Part shown: in pieces, positions 1 to 7,360 of the stretch
Layout: each line of letters opens with the position of its first letter
Position numbering within the stretch: position 1 is the stretch's first letter
From: Nitrospira sp. CG24C
Lineage (GTDB): Bacteria; Nitrospirota; Nitrospiria; Nitrospirales; Nitrospiraceae
Length of the DNA stretch: 32,000 nucleotides
NCBI GenBank assembly: GCA_002869885.2
Contig: NEWR02000002.1
Coordinates: forward strand, 40,852 to 72,851
Reading direction: 5' to 3'
Translations under genes and position numbers: made by a program
Notes under the pieces: generated by a model
The model's database searches: none
Told to the model about the DNA's origin: nothing
What the model saw: the letters and a program-made list of their open reading frames with translations, nothing else

Positions 1-1
1 A

Positions 2-1042
2 ATGCTCGTCCAACCATTGAATTTACCGGTGAAGCTCGATGGCACCTTTGGCCCTTTGAAAGAATCCAAAGACATCGATGCAATCAATCTCCAACTCGCG
101 TTGGGAAAAACTGATTTTACCATCACCGGAAAAACGGCCGGGCAAAACGCCAGCCTGAGCATCAGTGCGCCGGTCATTCATACGGCTGATCTGCCGATCG
201 ACCTGCCATTCCAAAAACCCGTTGATATAAAAAATCTCCACATTACAGCGCAAGCACAAGGCCAAAACCTATTGTTACAAAACCTCTCCTTTCAGCTCTT
301 CGATGGGCAGGTGGCAGCAGAGGGACGGGTCACGTCCGGCTCCGAGACACCACCCTTCACTGGAAAGATCACGCTTCAAGGGATGCAACTCGCTCCAGCC
401 CTCAACGCCATGGCCACCACACAGGTGTCGATCAGCGGAACGGCAGGAGCCGACCTCGGCGTGCAAGGCCGTGGATTGTCCATGCCGGACCTCACGAAAT
501 CCCTGGAAGGTACAGGGCACGTAGCAGTGAAAGACGGCAAGATCGAAGGTGTGAACTTGCTTCAGGAAGCTATCTCCATTCTCAAAGTTACCGGCATCTC
601 GCTTGATAACGCCAAGGCAACGGTTTTTTCCACAATTGAGACGGATCTCGCCATTAAGCAAGGAACCATCCACGTCCAACGGCTCTTGATGGATAGCCAT
701 GATTTTCAGGCCACAGGAGGAGGCACCATCGGATTCGATCAGACGCTGAACCTCGCTGTGAGCCTCAACCTGTCGCAGGACTTAAGCCGAAAGATCGCAG
801 GTTCATCGCCTGCCGCCAATCTCGCGATGAAAGAAGGCCGCTTGAGTCTTCCGTTGGTGATTACCGGAACAGCCCAGGCGCCATTATATGGGTTAGACAT
901 GAAGGGTCTAACCGGAAGAGTTCAGGAACAGGTGCAGAAGAAAGTTGAAGAAGCGGTTGGTGGACTGCTGAAAGGAACAACGAAACCAGAAGACTTAAAA
1001 CAACAGGGCCGCGACCTGCTCAAAGGACTGTTGCGACACTAA
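2..1042 (+). CDS. AsmA-family protein, C-terminal part (5' end lies outside the window)
   Basis: The ORF is open to the window edge. The C-terminal region (KDGKIEGVNLLQEAI...DFQATGGGTIGFDQTLNLAVSLNL...LPLVITGTAQAP) looks like the AsmA_2-type C-terminal domain. Confidence 0.55.
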   Translation: MLVQPLNLPVKLDGTFGPLKESKDIDAINLQLALGKTDFTITGKTAGQNASLSISAPVIHTADLPIDLPFQKPVDIKNLHITAQAQGQNLLLQNLSFQLFDGQVAAEGRVTSGSETPPFTGKITLQGMQLAPALNAMATTQVSISGTAGADLGVQGRGLSMPDLTKSLEGTGHVAVKDGKIEGVNLLQEAISILKVTGISLDNAKATVFSTIETDLAIKQGTIHVQRLLMDSHDFQATGGGTIGFDQTLNLAVSLNLSQDLSRKIAGSSPAANLAMKEGRLSLPLVITGTAQAPLYGLDMKGLTGRVQEQVQKKVEEAVGGLLKGTTKPEDLKQQGRDLLKGLLRH

Positions 1043-1053
1043 GGAGCCATCAA

Positions 1054-1110
1054 AAACCGGACATTTCTACTGTGGGAGAAAGCGGACATTTCTATTTGGG
1101 CTTGACAGGC
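1054..1110 (+). repeat. IS-end-like repeat, copy A: 28-bp core AAACCGGACATTTCTACTGTGGGAGAAA, then a second CGGACATTTCTA and GGCTTGACA
   Basis: The 28-bp core at 1054-1081 is identical to 2429-2456. Both copies are followed by GGCTTGACA (TTGACA at 1102-1107). It reads as PDISTVGESGHFYLGLT, which resembles the tail or terminus of integrase-type IS elements as I remember them. Confidence 0.6.
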
Positions 1111-1213
1111 TGACAAATTTGTCTTGATCCCCATCGCGACATCGCATAACTTGTAGAACTTTAGGCCTTGCGATATGGACCCATCGCCGTCACACACAAA
1201 GAAAGGACCGCTC

Positions 1214-1906
1214 ATGCGTTTCGTTGTCTCCTGTTTGGTGACCCTGTTCTGCCTGGGAACCACGGCATCCTTCGCGGCGGCCCCAGAGCCCATGACCGAG
1301 GAACAAAAAACCCTCTATGCCTTGGGATTGGCCGTCAACCAATCGCTCAGCAACTTCAACTTGAGCGAGCCTGAATTTGAGATCGTGAAATCCGGCATCG
1401 CCGATGGGTTCTTCAACCGGCCAGCCAAAGTGGACCTTCCGGCATTCGGCGTGAAGATTTCACAACTGCAAGAGGCCCGCGCCTTGGCCGTCGCAGAAGT
1501 GGAAAAGAAAGCCGGCGCCGCGTTCCTCGCAAAAATCGCAGCAGAATCCGGCGTCAAGAAAACCGAGTCCGGCGCCATCCTCAAGACCCTCAAGGAGGGG
1601 AACGGCGCCATTCCGAAAATAACGGATATGGTCAAGGTGTATTATCAAGGAGCCTTGATTGACGGAAGGGTGTTCGATGGTTTAGCCAAGCAGGGCGAAC
1701 CGGCTCTGCTGAGAGTGAACGAAATGAGCAAGTGTTGGGTGGAAGGGATCCAGCACATCAAGGTCGGCGGCAAAAGCAAGTTGGTCTGCCCCTCGAGTCT
1801 CGGCTATCGCGACAAGGGCCTCCCCCCCCTGATCAAGCCCGGCGCGACGCTCGTATTCGAGATTGAACTCCTCGAGATTATCGCAAACCAAGTATCTCCG
1901 CACTGA
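1214..1906 (+). CDS. FKBP-type peptidyl-prolyl cis-trans isomerase, secreted (FkpA/Mip-like)
   Basis: An AAAGGA RBS precedes the ATG at 1214. The N-terminus is signal-peptide-like (MRFVVSCLVTLFCLGTTASFAAAP). The C-terminal FKBP domain shows VKVYYQGALIDGRVFD...GATLVFEIELLEI. The longer ORF start at 1175 is less likely. Confidence 0.85.
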   Translation: MRFVVSCLVTLFCLGTTASFAAAPEPMTEEQKTLYALGLAVNQSLSNFNLSEPEFEIVKSGIADGFFNRPAKVDLPAFGVKISQLQEARALAVAEVEKKAGAAFLAKIAAESGVKKTESGAILKTLKEGNGAIPKITDMVKVYYQGALIDGRVFDGLAKQGEPALLRVNEMSKCWVEGIQHIKVGGKSKLVCPSSLGYRDKGLPPLIKPGATLVFEIELLEIIANQVSPH

Positions 1907-1916
1907 GTCCAGGGCA

Positions 1917-1948
1917 AGCTCGAGCGGGAATGGTCTCCCGCTCGAGCT
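1917..1948 (+). terminator. Perfect 13-bp-stem hairpin just after the FKBP stop codon, with no U-tract
   Basis: AGCTCGAGCGGGA (1917-1929) pairs with TCCCGCTCGAGCT (1936-1948) across a 6-nt loop. It starts 11 nt after the stop codon. Confidence 0.5.
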
Positions 1949-2142
1949 CGTGGCCTTCACCGCGCGTATCGAACGAAGCTACGGGTGATCCCTGCAAGCT
2001 CGCTCTTTCTCTCTTCAGGGATGGGGGTGGATTGATCTTCCACTGCGCGCAGCTTTCTCACCCGCCCATCCAGGGGCATACATTTTTCACCCACCCTACC
2101 CTCCGATTGCTTCGCAATCGATTTCCCGTGACGTGCCCTTAG

Positions 2143-2460
2143 CCCCGGCGAGGGCCTTCCGATTCTTCACCTTCCCTAGAGGGAGCAGGCAAACCATCAA
2201 CGGTCCGAGCCCCCCGTGTGCTGGTGGAAGAGCATGGGGACGGGACGATGCGAATCACGCACCAGGGCCGGCCGCTCGGCTTTCATGCGATCACGTCGCG
2301 GCCCATGAAGACGGCTGAGGCCAAGACGGTGTATCAACCCCGGCACCCGGTCACGCCGAGGCCGGATCATCCGTGGCGCCAGCGCCTGTGGCCTGAGCGA
2401 CGAACACAGGCGACGGTGGCGAGACCCTAAACCGGACATTTCTACTGTGGGAGAAAAGTT
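2143..2460 (+). pseudogene. 3' remnant of an integrase (rve)-type IS transposase gene, ISNCY/IS481-like, with its terminal repeat
   Basis: The frame is open from 2143 to 2430 with no plausible start or N-terminal domain. The tail (...STVRAPRVLVEEHGDGTMRITHQGRPLGFH...PDHPWRQRL) resembles C-termini of such transposases. It ends directly at copy B of the 28-bp repeat. The family call is from memory only. Confidence 0.4.
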
Positions 2461-2480
2461 TTATTTTTAGGCTTGACAAG
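2429..2480 (+). repeat. IS-end-like repeat, copy B
   Basis: 2429-2456 is identical to 1054-1081. GGCTTGACA follows (TTGACA at 2473-2478). This copy lacks the second CGGACA block seen in copy A. Confidence 0.6.
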
Positions 2481-2636
2481 AAGGCACATTTAGGCGATTC
2501 TGCCGAGCCTTTACCAGAGTCAAGAGCAGTGTTCGCTCAGTGGATCTGAGCGAACCTAGTTGGTATTATGTGTTGAGCCCCATGAGCTAAGACATCGGCG
2601 AAAAACGATAATCACCATCAGAACAAGGAGGTGCGA

Positions 2637-3180
2637 ATGACGAAGCGGAAGGTCGGGACATCGGTCGTGATGATGATGTCCATCCTGATCCTTTCAGGAG
2701 GGATGGCGTACTCTGAGGAACCAGTGCCGTTACCTGAAGTCCCAGCTGAATATGCCGACAAAAAAATGCCGGCTGGCTGGTTGACTGATCCTAAGGTCCT
2801 CGAAGAGGGAGCGCTGATTTACACCGGCGAGGTTAATCCGCAGGTCAACTGTGCCAGCTGCCATGGCAAGGATGGTAAACCAGTGAGAGACCGATCGATG
2901 GTTCTTTGGCAATGCAGGAATCAACTTTGACTCTTCGTGGCATGTCATCGGCGAGATGTTAGACCGGGTGTGGCCCGAGGGTAACGTGGCAAAAGCGCCA
3001 ATTGAGAGCATCCAAAGCACCCTGGTGCCGCCAGGTGGCGCTACCATAGCAGAATTTAAAGGCGAAATGCCCGGCACGTTTGTTTCGGTTGACCACTCGA
3101 TCTTCCGCATCGAGAAAGGCGCCCTTGGCCTGCTCAAGATAGATGGTCCAACCAATCCTAGCCTCTTCAAAGGGCTGTAG
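2637..3180 (+). pseudogene. Class I c-type cytochrome, secreted, apparently disrupted by a frameshift near 2885
   Basis: An AAGGAGG RBS sits 5 nt before the ATG at 2637. There is a signal peptide and a CASCH haem motif at 2850-2864. The ORF stops at 2930. The next frame is open from 2887 to 3180 and contains GEMLDRVWPEG and GEMPGTF, which look like the Met-ligand region. Confidence 0.45.
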
Positions 3181-3281
3181 TAATCTGCAGGGAGATGATC
3201 AGGATGATGGCAAGACACAGCGGCCTCAATAGCAGCGGTGCTCATGGCATCACGGTCGTGTAAGGGTCGCACCAGAGTAAT

Positions 3282-3326
3282 GTAAGACGGGGAGGGAGAG
3301 GCTTCGCCTCTTCCTCCCCGTCTTAC
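3282..3326. other. Long near-perfect hairpin: 21-bp stem with one G-U pair and a 3-nt loop
   Basis: GTAAGACGGGGAGGGAGAGGC ttc GCCTCTTCCTCCCCGTCTTAC. There is no U-tract on either strand. It lies 100 bp downstream of the cytochrome c remnant. Confidence 0.6.
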
Positions 3327-3491
3327 GATTGGACAGTGGGCCTGTGTACATAACAACGGCTTGCTCGCTTTCATCATCCCCCTACAGCCACTCGGATGCC
3401 CTTGCTCAGGCAGGCTCTGTGGCGAGACCCTCATCCACACCGCGACCAGCGCCATCAACGCCGGTAGAACAGATCGGTCCTGCAGAAGGTA

Positions 3492-3521
3492 TTGACAAAG
3501 CAAAGAGTCTCCTGCTATTAA
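3492..3521 (+). promoter_or_regulatory. Candidate sigma70-type promoter, TTGACA-18 nt-TATTAA
   Basis: The -35 is consensus (3492-3497) and the -10 is good (3516-3521). It sits about 225 nt upstream of the DUF1566 gene start. Confidence 0.3.
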
Positions 3522-3745
3522 GCATACGCTTTACTTCTCATGTCTCTGAGAGGATGTTCTATGCCGATTCGCAGATTCCAACCATCGGCCACCAGGCAGG
3601 CGGGTCGGTTAGTTCCATTTCAGCGGCTTCCAACTTGCACACACACTTCTCCAAACCTAACAAAGCATCCCTCGCTGTGTGGTCTGATATAGTGGGCCAC
3701 GCAGCAGTCCGGCGGTGCAACAACATCACATACAGGAGGGTCGAC

Positions 3746-4276
3746 ATGAAAAGCAGAAGAAACAAATGGGTGAGCAGCCTCGCGGCTGTGGGACTGGCTG
3801 TCGGATGCCTGGCGCTGGCTGGTTTGGGCTCAGGAGCCACGCCTGCCGAAGCGTCTGACTCACCGACGGGTCAGCAGGGCGCGTCTCGGTTTGTCGTGCT
3901 GGAAGCCTTTAACAATGAGGCGGTGCTGGACAATGAGACGGGGCTGGTGTGGGAGACCATACCGGCGAGAGCGAGGACGGTTTGGAAAAATGCCGCCGGT
4001 ATCTGTGCGAAAAAGACCGTCGGTGGCAAAAAAGGCTGGCGCTTGCCCGTAGTCAAAGAGTTGGCGACCCTGGCGGATCACACGATATATCCTCCCCCCG
4101 CCCTCCCGACTGGCCATCCTTTTTCCAACATCGAGTTTTTTGGCTATTGGACGGCAACGGAGCACGAAGACTATACGATGAGCGCGTGGGACGTAAACTT
4201 CGACTATGGCCTCGTAGGCAACGATTTTAAGATCAACACGAACTTTGTCTGGTGTGTGCGCGATAACGCGAAGTAG
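3746..4276 (+). CDS. Secreted DUF1566 (Lcl C-terminal domain) protein
   Basis: A CAGGAGGG RBS precedes the ATG at 3746. The signal peptide is MKSRRNKWVSSLAAVGLAVGCLALAGLG. DUF1566-like motifs are present: TGLVWE...GWRLPVVKELATL...YWTATE...AWDVNFDYG...VWCVRD. The 5' extension of the ORF back to 3329 looks non-coding. Confidence 0.7.
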   Translation: MKSRRNKWVSSLAAVGLAVGCLALAGLGSGATPAEASDSPTGQQGASRFVVLEAFNNEAVLDNETGLVWETIPARARTVWKNAAGICAKKTVGGKKGWRLPVVKELATLADHTIYPPPALPTGHPFSNIEFFGYWTATEHEDYTMSAWDVNFDYGLVGNDFKINTNFVWCVRDNAK

Positions 4277-4311
4277 AATCAGAAGTGAGTCTTAGGTCAT
4301 TGGGTGATTAA

Positions 4312-4334
4312 GGGGGGGGGGCGAAAGCCCCCCC
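4312..4334. terminator. G/C homopolymer hairpin: a G10 run, C, a GAAA tetraloop, G, then C7
   Basis: GGGGGGGC gaaa GCCCCCCC lies between the convergent DUF1566 gene (+) and the minus-strand genes. There is no clear U-tract. Confidence 0.45.
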
Positions 4335-4382
4335 TGCTCGTTCCACGGTGATTCATAGATTAGCTTCACGCTGACGGCGGAA

Positions 4383-4600
4383 CACTTTCTACTCCTGGCC
4401 CGTTACGGGCATCACTACTGAAAATCAATTTATGAAGGGGCTTCTCGCGCAGGTCACCCCAGCGGTGCTTGACTGGGTTGAGCCCTGGTGAGCAGGGCGG
4501 GAATTTGGGGAAACGGAGGGTGTCGGCCAGCACTCTTGAGCGCCATCACAATGTAGTCCTGTGATCGGAGAATTGGGATGAGCCTCGTCCAAATGTGGCG
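4383..4600 (-). pseudogene. IS630/Tc1-mariner-family transposase 3' remnant
   Basis: The minus-strand translation is ...FSDHRTTL*WRSRVLADTLRFPKFPPCSPGLNPVKHRWGDLREKPLHKLIF... It matches the conserved LPPYSPxLNPIExxW block around the last catalytic residue. It has an in-frame stop and no N-terminal part. Confidence 0.5.
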
Positions 4601-4605
4601 CGGAA

Positions 4606-5520
4606 TTAGGTTTTGTCGAGAGGCTCGACGGCAAGATCGGGGTTCTTTAACGATGTACTGATGGCCTGCGAGGTGCGATGTATCTGCGTTTGAATATCCT
4701 CACGTACATGGCCTCGGAAACCTAAAAGATCTGACAGTCTTCCCACTCGTCCGGGATAATAGCCCCTGGATGTAAGCCATCCACTGGCATTCTTCAGGCC
4801 GCGCGATAATAGAGGCCCTCCCGTGAGGGCCACCGCATCAACAAGGCAATACCAGACAGCAACCCCACTTGGAGGGTTTCCCTGGGCCAGGCCAAACACA
4901 GGGTCTACCAAGGCCCATTTCCAGGCCCCAGCTGCTGTGCCGAGTATCTCCAGCCAAGTTGTAATAAAGAAGGCCGCGAGGTACACCAACGGCGAGCGAC
5001 CTCTAAACAGACAGATCAAAAACACAGAGAATAGTACTGCTCCCCCTACATCACCCTGTTCTGGAATCCCGCTGATCCCCCAAATCGACCATGCCCCGCA
5101 CACCACAATCACTGTTGTGGTAATTACTCTTGCATATTTAATAAACAGCCCGGAACGCGCCAACGCAATGGAAGTTAAATACACCATTCCGTGACCGAGT
5201 GGCACATAGGCCGGCACATTGTCGAAGCGATAGGTGTAGCCACCCATACAGACAGATGCCACATATTCACCGATTGTCGTAAACGCGACTGCCACTGCAA
5301 CCTGCAATCGTACATCTCTCGTCTCACCCCGCAAGAACCCAATCAGACATATGAACGCGATACACCCTAGGGCATATTGTTTCCACATGCTCCCGCTTAC
5401 TTCAAACGCCATACAGATCGCGACAGAGGCAAACGTGACCGCAGCGATGATGTAATCCCGTGTCTGATGCGCAGAAGCAGCATCAGTCGCTGGGAAATGG
5501 CGCAACAAACTCGACCTCAT
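4606..5520 (-). CDS. Polytopic integral membrane protein of unknown function
   Basis: The 304-aa ORF has about 7-8 hydrophobic segments and a hydrophilic roughly 60-aa C-terminal tail. I recognise no family. Confidence 0.55.
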   Translation of the reverse strand: MRSSLLRHFPATDAASAHQTRDYIIAAVTFASVAICMAFEVSGSMWKQYALGCIAFICLIGFLRGETRDVRLQVAVAVAFTTIGEYVASVCMGGYTYRFDNVPAYVPLGHGMVYLTSIALARSGLFIKYARVITTTVIVVCGAWSIWGISGIPEQGDVGGAVLFSVFLICLFRGRSPLVYLAAFFITTWLEILGTAAGAWKWALVDPVFGLAQGNPPSGVAVWYCLVDAVALTGGPLLSRGLKNASGWLTSRGYYPGRVGRLSDLLGFRGHVREDIQTQIHRTSQAISTSLKNPDLAVEPLDKT

Positions 5521-5821
5521 TAAATTTCAACCCCTCATGAATCTGTTACTTACGTTCAATTGTTGACCACTTGAATGCGCGATAGAAAACAGGGGCCATC
5601 ATAGAATACGTCTGATGCCATAGGAATAGGCTGTAGATTCTCCTGTGGTTGAAATCTAACCTGTAGCCGGTCTCACGTCAACTCAACAGGGATCAGTCAA
5701 AACCACGAGTCACTCGACTACGGTGGTTTTACGCGCGCAAGGATACCCCTTCACGATCGGACGATCAAGAACGAGCCACATCCATTACAGAAGATACAGA
5801 ATTGTTGGCAAATAAGAGATT

Positions 5822-5856
5822 GGCGGGAGAACTGCTGTTGTAAGCAGTCTCCCGCC
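5822..5856 (-). terminator. Hairpin terminator downstream of the CycB-like remnant
   Basis: GGCGGGAGA...TCTCCCGCC has an inner CTGC/GCAG stem. On the minus strand it is followed by a T-rich stretch (AATCTCTTATTTG). It lies 45 nt after the TGA at 5903-5901. Confidence 0.5.
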
Positions 5857-5900
5857 AAGGGTGACGGAGCATGATAACTGTTCGAAAAGAACCGCGTTGA

Positions 5901-6100
5901 TCAGTCTTTCTCTTTTTTCTCTTCCTTCAACACCATCTTCCCTTGTGCCAGGCTGGCATTGAGATCGTGCTCAGGAACCTTCTTATGGACCAGGTTCTGA
6001 TGGCAGTCAATACAGGTTGCGCCCTCTGTTTCCATCTTCTTGTGCGCAGCACCATTGCGACGCTGGAGAGTGTTCTGGACGGCATCATGCTGTTCGAGTC
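5901..6100 (-). pseudogene. 3' fragment of a NapC/NirT/NrfH-family tetrahaem cytochrome c gene (CycB / cytochrome cM552-like)
   Basis: The minus-strand frame is open from about 6100 to 5904 and reads HDAVQNTLQRRNGAAHKKMETEGATCIDCHQNLVHKKVPEHD...KEKD*. The CIDCH motif is at 6014-6000. A His four residues after the CxxCH motif is the spacing of the last haem motif in this family. Only about 65 codons are present, with no start. The fragment is absent from the ORF track. Confidence 0.5.
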
Positions 6101-6376
6101 ATCGAGCCGGAACGTAAAGGGCAAGTCTTTCTTCGTCGCCCGCATGATTGCCACCGGCATCGGTGGGCCATTCGTCTCACGGGCAAACACAAATAACGTG
6201 TCCGTTGCGGACCCCTTGCCGGCAAGGCTCGGCGCAATACTGACCTTGCCGCTGATCGCAAGCGACTGTCCAGATGACTTGGCCGGCGCTGCCGGTTCCG
6301 CATATCCAGTTCCCATTGAAATAAGCAGCGCGCCGCAGACCAGCAGACTACACTTCATCCAAAATTTGTTGGCCAT
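5927..6376 (-). pseudogene. Mosaic ORF: signal peptide plus a truncated copy of the CcmI C-terminal module, running out of frame into the CycB-like fragment
   Basis: A GGGGAG RBS precedes the ATG at 6376. The signal peptide is MANKFWMKCSLLVCGALLISMGTGYA. The stretch ISGKVSIAPSLAGKGSATDTLFVFARETNGPPMPVAIMRATKKDLPFTFRLDDSNSMMPSRTLSS matches both CcmI modules. After that the sequence is Arg/Trp-rich nonsense, the wrong frame of the haem-motif fragment. Confidence 0.45.
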
Positions 6377-7360
6377 GTGCATACTCCCCGTTTGTAAAAA
6401 CACATCACTACGCTCTTGAGTAAACTTATCGCTTAGCGAACAACGCGCATATATCTCAGCATACATCAGAATATGTCAAGTGGGCCTGTGCAATAAACAG
6501 AGCGCCCTAACGATACGTGACGGATCAGCGGCAGGAGTTATTGCAGCATGCGAGGCAATGGAAGAGAGCGGCCTGTGGGTTTCTCGGCGTTACGGTCTTT
6601 CACGATCGATGACGACGGTGATCCCATCCACCCCTGATTGTATCGGCTGACTCGTCCCCTCTAGATCTCCACTCTGGGGCATGGCCTGGCCAGACTTCGA
6701 GAGACGGGCGACAATCACCACAGGGCCTGCGCTGGAAAGTTTTCTGGAGGGCATCGGACTAGTCGAGTCATCGAGTTGGAACGTAAAGGGCAAATCTTTT
6801 CTCGACGCCCGCACGATCGCCACAGGCATCGGTGGCCCACTCATCTCGCGGGCAAAGACAAACAATGTATCTGTCGCGGATGCTTTGCCGGCTAAGCTCG
6901 GCGCCACAGTCACCGTACCTCTGATCGCACGCGGTTGTCCCGTCTGGCTGGCTAGCGGAGCCGGCGCTGCCGATTCTTTATCCATTCTCTCATGATCGAT
7001 GACAACTGCGATCCCCTCCCCCCCAGACTGTACCGGCTGGCTCGTCCCCTCTAAATCTCCGCTTTGTGGCATCGCCTGGCCAGACTTTGACAGACGGGCC
7101 ACAATCACCACTGGTCCGGCGCTGGAGAGTTTTCTAGACGGCATTGGGCTGGTCGAGTCATCGAGCCGAAACGTAAACGGGAGATCTTTCCTCGTCGCCC
7201 GTACGATCGACACAGGCATGGGTGGTCCGTTCATTTCGCGTGCAAACACAAACAATGTATCCGTCGGTGACCCCTTGCCGGCCAAGCTGGGCGCCATCGC
7301 CACAGTGCCCTTGATTACGCGCGGCTGCCCGGCTGGCTGAGCCGGCGCCGCAGGTTCCGT
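6095..7360 (-). repeat. Amplified coding module: two tandem ~390-bp units inside ccmI (6600-6989 and 6990-~7360) plus a truncated third copy (6095-6300)
   Basis: The period is 390 bp (TCACGATCGATGAC at 6600 versus TCATGATCGATGAC at 6990). Identity between the units is high by eye. The shared block GTCGAGTCATCGAGC...GCCGGCGCTGCCG is also present at 6095-6300. Confidence 0.8.

Noticed and set aside
2730-3503. A 257-aa minus-strand ORF opposite the cytochrome c remnant
   Set aside because: It has no RBS or recognisable domain and is Arg/Ser/Pro-rich. It overlaps the plus-strand gene, which has a strong RBS, a signal peptide and a CxxCH motif. Some doubt remains because the plus-strand gene is itself broken.
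3329-3745. A 139-codon N-terminal extension of the DUF1566 ORF
   Set aside because: The internal ATG at 3746 has a good RBS and is followed directly by a canonical signal peptide. The extension is low-complexity and contains a promoter-like element.
5620-5670. A tRNA-like T-arm (GGTTGAAATCTAACC), possibly a tRNA gene or att-site fragment
   Set aside because: No matching acceptor stem, D-arm or anticodon arm could be built around it. The flanking CTGTAG repeats are direct, not complementary.
6095-7360. Regularly spaced repeats considered as a possible CRISPR array or other non-coding array
   Set aside because: The period is 390 bp and the repeats are in frame within ccmI. This is a coding-domain duplication, not a repeat-spacer array.
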